From the NCBI RefSeq assembly GCF_020745735.1, contig NC_083417.1, positions 36,084,001 to 36,148,000 on the forward strand: a stretch of DNA of 64,000 nt. The letters are read 5' to 3'. This document shows, piece after piece, positions 25,454 to 39,369 of the stretch. The notes below the pieces were generated by a model, which was not told where the DNA came from, did not search any database, and worked only from the letters and a program-made list of their open reading frames with translations. Origin of the DNA: Hemiscyllium ocellatum (lineage: Eukaryota). The first letter of the stretch is position 1, and each line of letters begins with the position of its first letter. Made by a program: the position numbers and the translations under genes.

Positions 25454-26807
25454 TGTATTAATATAATTTACTTTGGAGCTTGAAATTTGAACTAGTGACC
25501 TAAGGTTTTGGTCTAAGTGTATGAGGAGGTCAATGATTAACTTATTAGCATTTCTGAAGCCACACATTTTTTTTACTAGGTATGAGAGACAGAGTTTCAG
25601 GAGTGATAATGGGAATTTGACTGTGTTGGGAGTGAAAAGAGTTAACATTGACAAACGTTAGTTACTTTGGTTTTAGAAGAACTAGGATTTGTTTTGCTCA
25701 GGGTTAAAATTCAGTTTGAGAAGCTTTTGGTTTCAGTTCAATGAAGTCCCATTTGATGTTAGGGGTAAGAGTAGAAAGGGGTTAGTTCAGAGCAGTTAGG
25801 AATAGGAAATGGGTTCTGAAGATTCATATTGAATCCAAAAACATGAACTCCGATTCTGTCTATATAAATGGTGCCAGACAAGTTAAGTTTCTTCAGCATT
25901 TTTAATTTTCATGTCAGATCTCCAGTATCTGCAATATTTTGTTTTTATGAAAAGAAATTTCACTTCATTGTAAGGGATTTAATTTGAAAGTTCCATAACA
26001 GAAGTGTTTGTTTAGGACACTGAATGAATTATTTTAAGCTGAAAATGTCTATGCACAATTGTGTGCAAAATCAAGGAAGAGGTTATCACACTCTTAAGAC
26101 TGGAAATTGAAGGAAACAATTAAGTCAAATCTATAGATGCCATAGAGAAGCAAAGACTCTTTGGTGTTTGAGCATGATCAAATGATGGTGTTGGATAGAT
26201 AGGATCGCTTCTGTGGGTTTCAAATTCTTTTAAATTGTGTTATGTGTATCAAGTTTAGCTTATTCAATTTTACTTCCTTTTTTGTGAATTAACTTTAGTT
26301 TTACTGTTAAAATGAAGTCTGCAGGTTTGCGTACTTGTGATTTAGCGTAAGTCCACATTGTCATGATGTATCAAACCAAATTTCATTCTGGGATCTGAAA
26401 TTTCCAGTAATAATATCAAGTAGAATCATGACAAATGGAGATTTTTGGGGGATTTGAATTTGCTGGATTTAAGATGGAGCTGCGTCTTTCTGCTTTGAAA
26501 TCACACACACGTGATAGGTCTGGACATAAAACAGGTATGTTGTGGTGAAATTTATTGCACAAAGTTTGAAGAATGCTTTGATTGTGGCTAAGAGTTTTCT
26601 AGAAAACGCAACAGAGGATTAATTGAAATCTTTGACTAAAATGAAACAAAGAGTTAGCAGAAAAAAATGAAGACAGGAGCAAAAGTAAGATCACATAAAA
26701 ATGAAATACTTTAAATAATTACACAATATTTAGAAATGGAAGATAAGAAGCCTACATTTGGGGTTTCACAGCTGGAATGAGCTAAGACACAGCTGGAAAT
26801 GAAAAGA
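25454..26807 (+). mobile_element. Decayed LTR (to about 26433, ...catgaCA) plus start of gag, Gypsy-type retrotransposon
   Basis: LTR-like end gaatcatgaca, then gag-like remnant (IVAKSFLE...SQLE*AKTQLEMKR) that resumes as E/K-rich sequence after the CR1 at 29600. Left boundary is uncertain. Confidence 0.5.
25812..25948 (+). mobile_element. Decayed PLE pLTR (subfamily B) inside the LTR
   Basis: gttCTGAAGA...aaaacatgaactc...gccagac...ttcagcattttt...tcagatctccagtatctgcaatattttgttttt. Confidence 0.6.
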
Positions 26808-29600
26808 CATATGTCGTCAGGAGGTATAGAATCAATATGGGTTATGTTGAGGAACCAAAAAGAAATAAAGAGCCTGATGAGAATTGTGTACAGGCCTCCA
26901 AAAAGTAGTCAGGGTCTGGGGAAAAAAATAAATCAGGAGCTAGAAAGGGCATGTAAGAAAGGCACAAATCCAATAATCATGGGGGATTTCAATCTGCAAG
27001 TTGGCTGGGAAAATCATATGGTAGCGGATCTCAAGGAAAGAAATTTGTGGAATGTCAACAAGATGGATTTTTGGAGCAGCTTGTGGTACAGCCCACAAGG
27101 AAATAAGCAATTTTGATTTAAGTGATGTGTAATGAGACAATCTTGATTGGGGAGTTTAAGGTGAAGGATCCCCTTGGGACCAGAGACCATCACATGATAG
27201 AATTCTCCCTGCAGTTTGAGAGGAAGAGCTGGATTCAGATGTGATGGATTTACAACTGAGTTAAGGTAACTACAAAGACATGAGGAAGGAGCTGGCCAAA
27301 GTTGATTGGAAGGGGAGCCCAACAGGGAAGATGATGGAGCACCAATGGTAGGGGTTTCTGGGGATAATTTGGCACAGCAGAAATTCATCCCAAGGAAGAA
27401 GAAACCTACTAATCAGTACACAAGGTAACCATGGCTGATGAGGGATGTCAAGAACAGTATGAAAGGAAAAGAAAAAAAACACATACAGTGTGGTGGAGAT
27501 TAGTGGGAAATCTTTAAAAACCAGCACAAGATAACGAAAAAAAGCAAAGAAGTGATGAAGATTAAATATGCGAACAAGCTAACTAATAGTATCAAAGAAG
27601 ACTGCAAGAATCTTTTAGATACCTAAAAAGTAAGAGAAAGGCAACAGTGGATATTGGTCCATTGGAAAATGTAGCTGGAGAAGTATTAATGAGGAACAAA
27701 GAAGTGGAGGAGGAACTGGTTAGGTTGATGGTGTCAGACTTCATAATGGAAGACTCCAGCAGCTTACCAAGACTTCTAAAGAGTCAGGGGGCAAAGGTGA
27801 GCACAGTGGCCACTACAAAGGAGAGGGTTCTGTGCAAGCTTATAGGTCTAAAGGTGGAAAGATCACCTGGACTTGATTGATTTCATTCCAGAGTTCTGGA
27901 GGAGAAGCTGAGGAGATTAGAGAGGCATTGGTGTTGATCTTTCAGAAATCACAAGAGTCAGGGAGGGTGCCAGAGGACTGGAAAATGGCTAATGTAAGAC
28001 CCCTGCTTAAGAAGGGAAGGTGGCAGAAGACAGGAAACCAGGAAACTGCAGAAATGCACCAAAGATCCTTAGACAGCACCTTCCAAACCCATGACCACTT
28101 CCACCAGAAGGACAAGGGAAGCAGGCAATTGGGAACACCATCACCTGCAACTTCCCCTCTAAACGATTCACCAAGCGACTTGGAAATATTGTGCTGTCCC
28201 TTCACAGTCATTGGGTCAAAATCCTGGATTTCCCTCCCTAAAGGCATTGTGGGTCAACCCACAGCAAGTGGACTGCAGGGATTAAGAAGGCAGCTTACCA
28301 CCACCTTGTCAAGGGTAACTAGGGATGGGCTAACATTGCTGGCCAGTCAGCGACACCCAAGTCCCACAGATGAATAAAAGAAAAAAGGCCAGTTAGCCTG
28401 ACTTTGATTTTTGGAAAGGTTTTAAGTCCATTAATAAGGATGTGATTGTGGAGTAATTGGAAGTGGATTATACAATAGGGCTAGTTAGCAAGGCTTAGTC
28501 AAGGAGTGGTCATGCCTGACAAATCTATTAGAATTATTTGAGGAGGTAACGAGCAAGTTAGACAAAGGAGACCCAGAAAATGTGAATCTATATGGATGTC
28601 CAGATGGCCTTTGACAAGGTGCCACACAGGAGGATGCTAAATAAGACAACCACCCATGTTGTTCGAGGAAAGGTACTGGCATAAATAGAGGATTGGCTGA
28701 CTGGCAGGAGGCAGAAAGTGGGGATAAAGGGAGTCTTTTTCAGGATGGCAGCCAGTAACTATTGGAGTTCTACAGAAGTCAGTGTTGGGATCACAACTAT
28801 TCACGTTATACATTAACATTCTGAGAAAGTGTGAAGTTAGGCATTTTGGTCAGAAGATAAGAGGCGGAAATAATTTTCTAAATGAGGAAAGGCTTCAGAA
28901 ATCTAAAATACAAACAGATTTGGGAGTTCCAGTCCAAGATTGTTTTAAGGTTAATATGTAGGTGGCTGTTGGGAAGGCAAATTCAACGTCAGCATTCATT
29001 TCAAGAGGGCTGGAATACGAGAGCAGTGATGTACTGCTGAGGCTGTAACTGCATTTAAAATATTTTAAGTAGTTTTGGGCCCAGAATCTAAGGAAGGATG
29101 TGCTGACCTTGGATGGGTTCCAAGGAACGTTTACAAGAATGCTCCCAGGATGAAGGGGTTTTCATATGAGGAGCAGTTCTGGACTCTGTGTCTGCATTTC
29201 ATGGAGTTTAGAAGGATGATCAGAGTTCTGGTTGAAACTTACAAAGTACTGAGAGACCTGGATAGGGTGGATATGGAGAAGATGTTACCACTGATAATAG
29301 AGACTAGGTCTTGAGGGCATAACCTCAGAGTGAAGGAATGATTCTTTAGAACTGAGATGAGGAGGAATTTCTTCAGCCAGAGGGTGGTGAATCTATAGAA
29401 ATCATTGCCGTAGAGGGCTGTGGAGCCAAGACACTGAGTGTGTTTAAGTCATAGATAGATAGGTTCTTGATTAGTAAGGGGATCAAGGGCTACAGATAGA
29501 AAGTAGAATGGGGTTGAGAAACAAAACAGCCATGATCAAATGGTGGAACAGACTCGATGGACTGAATGGCTTAATTCTGCTTCTATTTCTTATGGTCTTA
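26808..29600 (+). mobile_element. CR1 LINE (endonuclease to 3' end), inactivated
   Basis: IVYRPP...IIMGDFN, VPEDWKMANVRPL, and 3' tail gactgaatggcttaattctgcttctatttcttatggtctt. Confidence 0.95.
28039..28386 (+). mobile_element. LINE 3' fragment nested in the CR1
   Basis: Interrupts CR1 at gacaggaaac^aggccagttagcc; same family as 18525-19745; A-rich tail. Confidence 0.8.
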
Positions 29601-30760
29601 AGTTAGAGGAGAAAGGAATGAGAGAGAGCAGTGGAAAAGGACGCAGAGTTAAAAAAAAACTTGAAATGGAAAGGAAGATAAAAAGATAAAAAAGAAGCAG
29701 AGAATAATGAAAAGTGACAAAAGTGGAAAGGAGAATGTAGTCAAGTGACCATGGACCCACAATTGGATATTTAAAGTTTACGCACAGCCAGAGAAGTCAG
29801 CCCTGAAAGGAAATTTGCTAAACTAATTTAAACAGTGGCCAGCCGCTTTTGGCTACAGAGAACAGTGACAACCAAGGTCATAGATCTCACAAAGATTCAA
29901 GAGGAACCAAACGTAACCAATCTGAGGGTCGCATATGGGACAAGTATTCATCAGACTTTCTGGCATCTTGAATTTGAGCCAGTGCCTGAAGACATATTCT
30001 TTACACCTACCCAGCATGGCAACAGTGAAGGATGTTGGTGCGACCCCATTGGATGTTTTCGCTGAATTGGAACAGGCCATGGTGCAGACCCCTGCATTGC
30101 AGGTACCTAACCCAGAAATATTAGATTACTTACAGTGTGGAAGCAGGCCCTTCGGCCCAACAAATCCACACCGACCCGCCGAAGTGCAACCCACCCAGAC
30201 CCATTCCCTACACTTAGCACTACAGGCAATTTAGCATGGCCAATTCACCTAACCTGAACATCTTTGGACTGTGGGCAGAGCATCCGAAGGAAACCCACGC
30301 AGACACAGGGAGAATGTGCAAACTCCACACAGTCAGTCACCTGAGGCAGGAATTGAACCCAGGTCTCTGGCGCTGTGAGGCAGCAGTGCTAACCACTGTG
30401 CCACCGTGCCACCCACGAACTTCCTTCATCTTAAAAGTTGCAGCAATGGGTGCCATGCAGCCATACATCTTTAAGAAGGACACAATAAATTGGAACCAGA
30501 ATCCTTTGCATCCCAGATTCTATCATTAGTCGAGGAGGGTTTCTCTATATTTGAGAAGCACATGCTAGTTGTGTTCTTGCCAATATTTTGACAATATTAT
30601 CAGCCTGAAACCCCGAACCATTCTGATGGAGCACAGTCCCAGTAAACTTTTGCTGGATGACAGGGTAAAAATGACATGGTCAGCCAAAGCCACACAGCAC
30701 ACCTGACCCTAATGCTTCAAAGCAAGGAGGTGAACCAATAAAGATATTGAAAGACACTGG
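29600..30760 (+). mobile_element. LTR-retrotransposon gag/pol remnant (RT connection/RNase H), interrupted by a SINE
   Basis: FAELEQAMVQTPALQVPNPE...SFILKVAA...FASQILSLVEEGFSIFEKHMLVVF...EHSPSKLLLDDRVK resembles Gypsy-type RNase H. Confidence 0.7.
30121..30414 (-). mobile_element. HE1/V-SINE-like SINE
   Basis: Reverse complement gggtggcacggtggcacagtggttagcactgctgcctcacagcgccagagacctgggttcaattcc. Confidence 0.93.
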
Positions 30761-31114
30761 AGCAAGTCAGTCACTGCTGCTAGCTGATGATAGCTCCAGG
30801 GGAGCTAATGAAAGAGAAAATATTAATTTAAATTTGAATTGACTTTCAAATAATCATATTCACATATTATTTCTGATTCTATTTATGAGTAGACTGTTTG
30901 CTATGACTCTTCTAATTCTCAAACAGTTTTTTGCATTTCTGATAAAGAAGAAGAAGATGGGTTAAACATGTCAGCCTCATCCTCTTGACCTTCATCCTTT
31001 TTAGTTAAATTTTGGAATTTTATCCAATAAATGAATTTCTCAGGCACCTTCTGATTCAATATGCATGGTCTTCTTGAAGACCTTCTCCACTTTGAGCACA
31101 TGGTCTGTGTGTCA

Positions 31115-31860
31115 ATGTAGAGATGCAGGTGTTGGACTGGTCAAAAGTCACACAACACCAGGTTATTGCCCACAGATTATTTTAAAATCACAAGCTTTCA
31201 GAGCACTGTTCCATCATCAGGTGTGTGACAACGCTGTCACTTTAAAAAAGTTATTTTGTCCTTAGTTTTTTTGAAGAGAGGCTTAAAGGAAGAGGTGTCG
31301 AAGAGACCAGCAAGTGTCTAGTTTAACAATGGAAGAGGGGTGGCCGGTTCTCCCAGTTCCGTTTTTATCTAGCTTGTTTTTAGCTGTAGTAGCCACAAGA
31401 TATGTGAGTTCAGGGAAGTTGTAAGCCTCAGTAAAGACCTCCTCTAACCTTTTTCTGAAACCCCTTTGGATGTTGTTCCCTACTGCCTGTAAGAATCTGT
31501 GTTTAGATTTATCTTTTTGCCAAAGGGTGTGTTGATGGGATGTTACTATGTTGGAACAGTTAATTAGTAATAGTTACTATATGGGGTTAGTGAAGTTTTC
31601 CATTACCCAACTTATCCTAAATTCTGTTTTGCTTAAAGTTGAGTGGTTTGACCAGCTGCATCACACCTGGAATATCCACTTGACAGCTGCCTTTAAAATA
31701 AGACAACATTCGGGTCCAGGTTACTATTTTAAAATATTTTTAAAATAAGGTCCATAACAGGTGAAAGCTTGTGATTCCAAATAAATCTGTTGCACTATAA
31801 CCTGATGTCTTGTGACTTTTGACTTTGTCCACCCTAGTCCAACGCTGGCATCTCCACATC
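31115..31860. mobile_element. Palindromic PLE pLTR element (subfamily C) split by a solo LTR
   Basis: Arms 31115-31223 and 31764-31860 are reverse complements. Minus-strand hammerhead cacCTGATGAtggaacagtgctctGAAAGCTTgtg. Confidence 0.8.
31224..31759. mobile_element. Solo LTR (536 bp)
   Basis: TGTGACA...CATAACA termini with a perfect 4-bp TSD GGTG (31220-31223 / 31760-31763). Removing it restores the PLE palindrome. Confidence 0.85.
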
Positions 31861-32401
31861 ATGACCGTGTGATTTCATAGACTCATTTTCTGTCAAATTC
31901 AATGAGCCTGAGATCTAGTCACAACATGCAGGAAACAATCCAAATGTATCTTGTGAAATATTTCAGGTTTTCTTTAACCTCCACTATTGCTATCTGGAGA
32001 TTACAAACCAGTTCCAGAGAGTTGAATTAAAAGATGAATTGGTAAATGGAAAAGTTGTCAAACAAGTCACTAAAAAGGAATTGATTTTATTTTGGGAGAT
32101 GATCAGGCAGGTTCAAGAATATTGGCCTCCTCAGAAGACTGCTTGTGTAGTTCCTTTGTTTCCATCATACTCTCTTGTTACCTCGTCAAGTTGTACAGAG
32201 CAAAACATGCTAGGGTTGTGAAACACACACTCTTTTGAGTGTAATACAAGGGCCCCTATGTCTGATAGAAGCAGTAGAATATTATCCTCAGGCATCCTAA
32301 ATTGTCATTCTACCATGATCTTGTTGGAAGAATGAGTTATATTCTATCTACGTGGCCTCAATCAGTGGGTTGTATAATGGAGTCATTAGCCACATTTGCA
32401 G

Positions 32402-34795
32402 GAACATAGAACATAGAACATTACAGCGCAGTACAGGACCTTCAGGCCTCGATGTTGCGCCGACCTGTCGTACCAATCTGAAGCCCATCTAACCTACACT
32501 ATTCCATGTACGTCCATATGCTTGACAATGACGATTTAAATGTACCTAAAGTTGGCGAATCTACTATCGTTGCAGGCAAAGCATTCCATCCCCTTACGAC
32601 TCCCTGAGTAAAGAAACTACCTCTAACATCTGTCCCATATCTATCACCCCTCACTTTAAAGCTATGCCCCCTCATGCTCGCCATCACCATACTTGGAAAA
32701 AGGCTCTCCCTGTTCATCCTATCTACCCTCTGATTATCTTATATGTCTCTATTAAGTCACTTCTCAACCTTTTTCTCTCTAACGAAAACAGCCTCAAGAC
32801 CCTCAGCCTTTCCTCATAAGACCTTCCCTCCATACCAGGCAACATCCTAGTAAATCTCCTCTGCAGCCTTTCCAAAGTTTCCACATCCTTCTTATAATGC
32901 GGTGGCCAGAGCTGTACACAATACTCCAAGTGCAGCCTCACCAGAATTTCATACAGCTGTAGCATAACCTCATGGTTTCGGAACTCGATCCTTCTATTAA
33001 TAAAAGCTAAAACACTGTATGCCTTCTTAACAACCCTGTCAACCTGGGTGGCAACTTTCAATGATCTGAGATCTCTCTGCTCATCGGCACTACCAAGAAC
33101 TTTACCATTAGCCCAGTACTTTGCATTCCGGTTACTCTGACCAAAGTGAATCACCTCACACTTGTCCGCATTAAACTCCATTTGCTACCTCTCAGCCCAG
33201 CTCTGCAGCTTATCTATGTCTCTCTGTAACTTACTACATCCTTCATCACTATCCACAACTCCACCGACCTTAGTGTCGTCTGCGAATTTACTAACCCACC
33301 CTTCTACACCCTCATCCAGGTCATTTATAAAAATGACGAACAGCAGTGGACCCAACACCGACTCTTGCTGTACACCAATGGTAACTGGATTCCAGGATGA
33401 ACATTTCCCATCAACCACCACACTCTGTCTTCTTTCAGCAAGCCAATTACTGATCCAAACTGCTATATCTCCCACGATCCCATTCCTCTGTATTTTGTAC
33501 AATCGCCTACTGTGGGGAACCTTATCGAACGCTTTGCTGAAATCCATATACACCTCATCAACCGGTTTACTCTCATCTACCTGTTTGGTCACCTTCTCAA
33601 AGAACTCAATAAAGTTTGTGAGGCATGACCTACCTTTCACAAAACTGTGCTGACTATCCCTAATCAAATTATTATTTTCTAGTTGATTATAAATCCTATC
33701 TCTTATAACCTTTTCCAACACTTTGCCAACAACTGAAGTGAGGCTCACTGGTCTATAATTACCAGGGTTGTCTCTACTCCCCTTCTTGAACAGGGGAACC
33801 ACAATTGCTATCCTCTAGTCTTCTGGCACTATTCCTGTAGACAATGATGATTTAAAGATCAATGTCAAAGGCTCGGCAATCTCCTCCCTGGCTTCCCAGA
33901 GGATCCTAGGATAAATCCCATCCTAGGCCCAAATGACTTATCTATTTTCACACTCTGCAGGATTTCTAATACCTCCTCCTTGTGAACCTCAATCACACCT
34001 AGTCTAGTAGCCTGTATCTCAGTATTCTCCTCGACAACATTGTCATTTTCTCGAGTGAATACTGTTGGAAAGTATTCATTTAGTGCTTCCCGTATCTCCT
34101 CTGACCCCACACATAACTTCCCCTTGATTGGCCCTAATCTTACTCTTGTCATTGTTTTATTCCTTAAATACCTATAGAAAGCCTTAGGGTTTACCCTGAT
34201 CCTATCCGCCAACAACTTCTCATGTCTCCTCCTGGCTCTTCTGAGCTCTCGCTTTAGTTCTTTTCTGGCTACCCTGTAACCCTCAAGTGCCCTAACTGAG
34301 CCTTCACATCTCATCCTAACATAAGCCTTCTTCTTCCTCTTGACCAGAGATTCCACTTCTTTCGTAAACCACAGCTCCCGCACTCTACAGCTTCCTCCCT
34401 GCCTGATAGGTACATACGTATTTAGGACACACAGTAGATTTTCCTTGAATAAGCTCCACATTTCTAATGTGCCTATCCCCTGCAGTTTCCTTCTCCATCC
34501 TATGCTTCCTAAATCTTGCCTAATCGCATCATAATTGCCTTTCCCCCAGCTGTAACTCTTGCCCAGTGGTATACACCTATCCCTTTCTATCACTAAAGTA
34601 AACATAACAGAATTGTAATCGCTATAACCAAAGTGCTCACCTACTTCCTAGTCTAACACCTGTCTGGGCTCATTACCCAGTATCAAATCTAATGTGGCCT
34701 CGCCCCTTGTAGGCCTATCTACATACTGTGTCAGGAAGCCCTCCTGCACACATTGGACAAAAACTGACCCATCTATAGTACTTGTACTATGGTAG
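32402..34795 (-). mobile_element. CR1 LINE, relatively young, 5'-truncated ORF2 with a few stops and frameshifts
   Basis: ORFs 33865-34605, 33185-33802 ([33 protein letters not shown]) and 32723-33181; (ATGTTCT)n tail. Confidence 0.97.
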
Positions 34796-34850
34796 TCTTT
34801 GTCTCCCAGTAACCATTCTTGCATGACATTCAATTCTCGAAACAAAGCAG

Positions 34851-34968
34851 GAGTCATAGAATCATAGAGATGTATAACACTGAAACAGACCCATCGGTCA
34901 AACTCATCCATGCCAGATATCTCACCTGCCAGCACCCGGCCCATAACAATCCAAACCCTTCCTAAATA
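34851..34968 (-). mobile_element. CR1 3'-terminal fragment
   Basis: Reverse complement ...ggcatggatgagtttgaccgatgggtctgtttcagtgttatacatctctatgattctatgactc. Confidence 0.75.
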
Positions 34969-37900
34969 TAGGAACGTAAGAATTCTCAAGGATCGTGGCA
35001 GCTTCCAGGTTTCTAGAATTTGAAACCGTTGATCAATAACTTGAATATTAATGGAATGGAACCTTTTTACTGATGAGGCAAACTGCTTTATCTTTGACAC
35101 TTCTGTTTGAAGATCTGGCAAACAATACTGAACTAATTCTGATAATCAAAAGCTTGATCTGTCAGGAGCTACCTTGATAACAAATAAGTACTTTAGAACA
35201 TAACAGTTCCAATATAAATGAACATTTTCAGTTATAAGAACTGCATTTCCTGAAAATGGATACTTTTCTGTTGATGTTATTCTGCAAAGGCATCCATTTT
35301 CCTATTTGGTTGCAATTAATAAGCACTTGTCCCATAATTCTAACTTTGCTTTGTGAAGCAACATTTCTGCAAGAACCTCTCTTAGCAAGTACTGTGGCAA
35401 CAGAACCTCTGCCTATGTACAGTATTGTGGTGTCAGGATACTGGAGGATGGATGCAACTTGCTTCTTTTCAGCTCACTGAGGAGCACTCCTACTTGTGAA
35501 ACAGAAGCTTGTGTGTTCAAGTCACACACCAAAGTTAAATATATGTAGTCTATTGCTGAATGTAAATTGTTTGCCATATCTTAATGTAATGAAAAGGACC
35601 ATATAAGTGCAAGTCTTTCTGGTATCTGTCTATTAGCCATTCTCTTCCTCCAAAGTCTAAATGTGAAATCTCAATCCTCCATCTGAAATGAGGAGAGAAA
35701 TGGCAGCCACTGGCAGATGGCACAAAGAGCACTGTAAATGTAATTGGCAAAGGCAGAGCTGAACTATGCAGGATGTTTCTGCAGATCTATCGTTTGCATG
35801 CTCAGCATTTGAAGTTATCACACAGAATGAGATATGTGATAACTTGGGCTATATTCTTATGGCATGGAAAAGTCAATCATTTTCAGCTCCTCGTTGTCCA
35901 ATTTTATGCTTGCTATAGTGTGCGTTCAGGAACAAATTATTACAACTATTGTGCAATATCACAGTTTAGTTATTCATATTCTAACCAATAGAACAAGACA
36001 AATATTAACTAATTAACTGCTCCTTTGACATTTAATAATTAAGTTTGATGAGGGATTAAAATTAGCAGCATTCAAAAATAACATGTTTGAAAAGATTGCC
36101 AAAAGACATGCAAACATAAACTACTGCGATATGATTCTATAGATAGTAGTTTGGTGTTTATGTGAAGACGAAAGCCATACAGGTGGCTGTAAATTCAGTA
36201 CACAATATTGGTAATTTGGAGGTTTGTTGACCTGAGATCAAGTAGGCTGGTGATTCTTGACTGTACAGTCACAGTCAAGCAGGTTGGTTGCATTGTAGTA
36301 AACATAACAAGGTCAGACAAGTAATGGATTTGCATCCACAAGGCAGCTGAGGTGAATCACAGCATTTTAGGAGATTGAAGATCATTGCTATGTACAGAGG
36401 GACCATAAAAATTACACCATCTGTTGCAGGAGGAGATCAGTCTTACACGAGACGCCTTGTGGATTTGCCACCAATATCCATCAACATTTTCATTATATGT
36501 TTTAACACCATGTTTTTATTTTAAAACATTTCAGCAGGTTCAATACAAAATCGATCATATTTACACAACTGTGTAGTCCAAGTTATTTTGTTTCTTTGAC
36601 TCTGCACGTTAAATCTATTGACGAAAATCTTCTGCCATTGATTATAATCTAGATTATTCTAGAGGTATAATAATTTTGATCACATTTATTGTTGTCAATG
36701 AAGTTATGATTCACAGCAGATTATAAATGTTAAAATAAATAATTTCAGATCAATAACTTCAGATCCAGACTCTGATTATTAAAAAAAAAGTCTTTGTCTT
36801 CAATGTCTTTCTCTGCGACATTAGAAAAAGGAATGCTTGTGCATTATTTCAATTAAAGCCAATTTATTTCTGAACCTCTGTCAGTTTTGTAAAGAGCATT
36901 ATGTCTCTTGGTGCTAAAGTGGGTGGGAGGAAATGTGGTAGGAAGTGTAAATGTATCTGGCCGTCTAATGGCGGGAATGTACACTCAAGGTAGATCCATA
37001 TTAAAGGTATTCTCTTGAAAATCTAATCTGTAACTAAGAATCCTGATTCAGATGCTGCTGAGCTGCAGAGAAATTCCACTTGAAACAATACTTTTTTTCA
37101 CTATTAAGGAAAGTAGAATTGCTCTTATTTTCTACATGCTAGTCCAGGCAGCGTGACAGCCCTTTAGCTGACTTAATTATGTTCTGTAGCTGTCCTATGG
37201 AGCTTTCCACTGAATATCCACTTAGAATTCACCAGAAAATACCACAAAGCTTTCTATTATTGTATTAGAGTAAGCAGCACTATGTGCATATGTCTGCATG
37301 CTTTATTTATCAGTTGGGCTTGTGTAGTTGGAAATTCTTTTTGATCGATGTTTATAATCTTTTGCTAATTTATTACTTCGGGGGAGAAACCATGACTCTT
37401 TTCACTTGTTTGATCATTAGTGGCTGTGAATCACATTAAGTTAAAAAAAAGGAAGAATATAATTACAACTGTTATTGAACAATTTTGAATTCAGATAGTC
37501 AAAGGAATGGACAAAATGTTCCTCCTTCCACATAATGAGGTCAGTTTCTGGAAATTCTGTACCTTTCATATACAAGTTCTGAACACTTCCCTCTTCTGCA
37601 TTATTGACTGAAAGGTAGCAAAGGTGTACAGGCAGCTGAACCACTTATTGAAGGGCTCTTTGTGTCAATGATACATGAATGGAACATAATAAGACCTTTA
37701 GCATATTTACTTTTGATTTAAAGAATCTGCGTTCCTGGCTAATAGTTGGGAAGTAAAGATTGTTAAAAATACTCCACCGTTTAAAGTATACTGAAGAGTT
37801 TTGCACCTATAAAACACAACATGCTGAGTTCACAAACTTGGTCACACAACAGGCAGGAGAACATAAAGAGATGGAGGAAGTAAAACTAGAGGTTAGTTTG

Positions 37901-38888
37901 CCTAGGATCAGGCTCATGCACCTCCTAGTTACTGGTTTTGCCAGAATCGTTTTGATCCTCTCTTGGTTGATCTTTTGTCCATGAGAATCTAAACCATGGA
38001 AAACCATGAAAGTGGGAAGGGGTTGAAACATCCTTTCTAATCATCTTACGATTATGTTCAAATTTTCAATGATAATGTAAGTTTCCAGAATGTGAGGTCT
38101 CTGTACTTGCAATACTTTTCATCATTGCATTTCCTTTGTATTCCCTGTACTTATATAGCCAGAACATAACGTAAACACACATTTAAATTACTGCTCTTCA
38201 ATTAACTTCTGTTGCAAAAATCTTAATTAGAACAGATGGCAATATGAAGACACAGGCAGGCATGTTTAGTGTCTGTATATTCACTCAAATAAATAATTGC
38301 AAAGTAATTATGCAATACTGCCATTAAAATAAGATACAAAAATGCATAACAGACCACTAGCATGGAAACTTAATAACAACATGTAGATTGTATTTCATAA
38401 GAATTTGGGATAAAAATTGAGACATTAAATACATTGATATTCTTTTGCAACAAACTTCATATGAGAGACAAATTGATATTAACATGTATCATGTAAAGTA
38501 GGGATAAGTATTTATGCGGCTCTATACAATAAATTAGCAGCCAATATTGATATACCTGTACCTTATTGATATTTAGCTTATTGATCTGCTGTTTCTAATT
38601 ACTGTAAATTGATTGGAACAGCCCAGTGACTTAGGAATAAGGCTGATTAATAGCTTTTGTTCTTACACGTTCATAGTTGATATAATCTACATTATAGTCC
38701 TAGGATAACTCAAAACATTGTGCACTAGCCCTTAAGATTCTAATCTGTTCCCTTTTAAGAATGAATTTGCCAGAGTTAAGAAATAATTTGAATTTATTAT
38801 AAGTTGCAATGCCTTTACAATCTTCTTGTTATACACTATAAATTATATGACCCAATATCATTAAATATGGGTAAAATATTAACACTTA

Positions 38889-39072
38889 CCTCCCACAGTC
38901 CAAAGATGTGCGGGTCAGGTGAATTGGCCATGCTAAATTGTCCGTAGTGTTAGGTAAGGGGTAATTGTAGGGGTATGGGTGGGTTGCGCTTCGGCGGGTC
39001 GGTGTGGACTTGTTGGGCCGAAGGGCCTGTTTCCACACTGTAAGTAATCTAACCTAATCTAATCTAATCTAA
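38889..39072 (+). mobile_element. 5'-truncated HE1/V-SINE-like SINE
   Basis: Near-identical to the 3' half of 53379-53690; (TAATC)n tail. Confidence 0.92.
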
Positions 39073-39369
39073 ATACAGAACCAATCAGAATTGCTGATTC
39101 ATGTAAGCCCACAAAATCCTGCTTCCATTTAGCAAGTTTGCAATTGGCTGGTCCTAGTGCCACCAATGTGAACCACCAATCTGTCTTATTTACTTTTGGA
39201 ACATTTACTTGTTATGCAAGGTGATTTGGAGGCCAGAAGACTGTTTATGTTGATTTCCTACTGGAATGGAGAAGAGTACAGCTCCCATCATAATATTTAA
39301 AATGTTGCATCTAGTTATAGTTCAGAATCACAGAAGGAGTATCCACCTTAGGGATAGTAACAAAGGAAA

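Noticed and set aside
36334-36464. 11-bp inverted repeat atccacaaggc / gccttgtggat
   Set aside because: A few such pairs are expected by chance in 64 kb at this spacing; no TSD or further pairing.
37564-37608. Possible 45-nt minus-strand exon (NNAEEGSVQNLYMK)
   Set aside because: Good acceptor but weak donor (gtacag), no recognisable protein and no supporting neighbouring exons.
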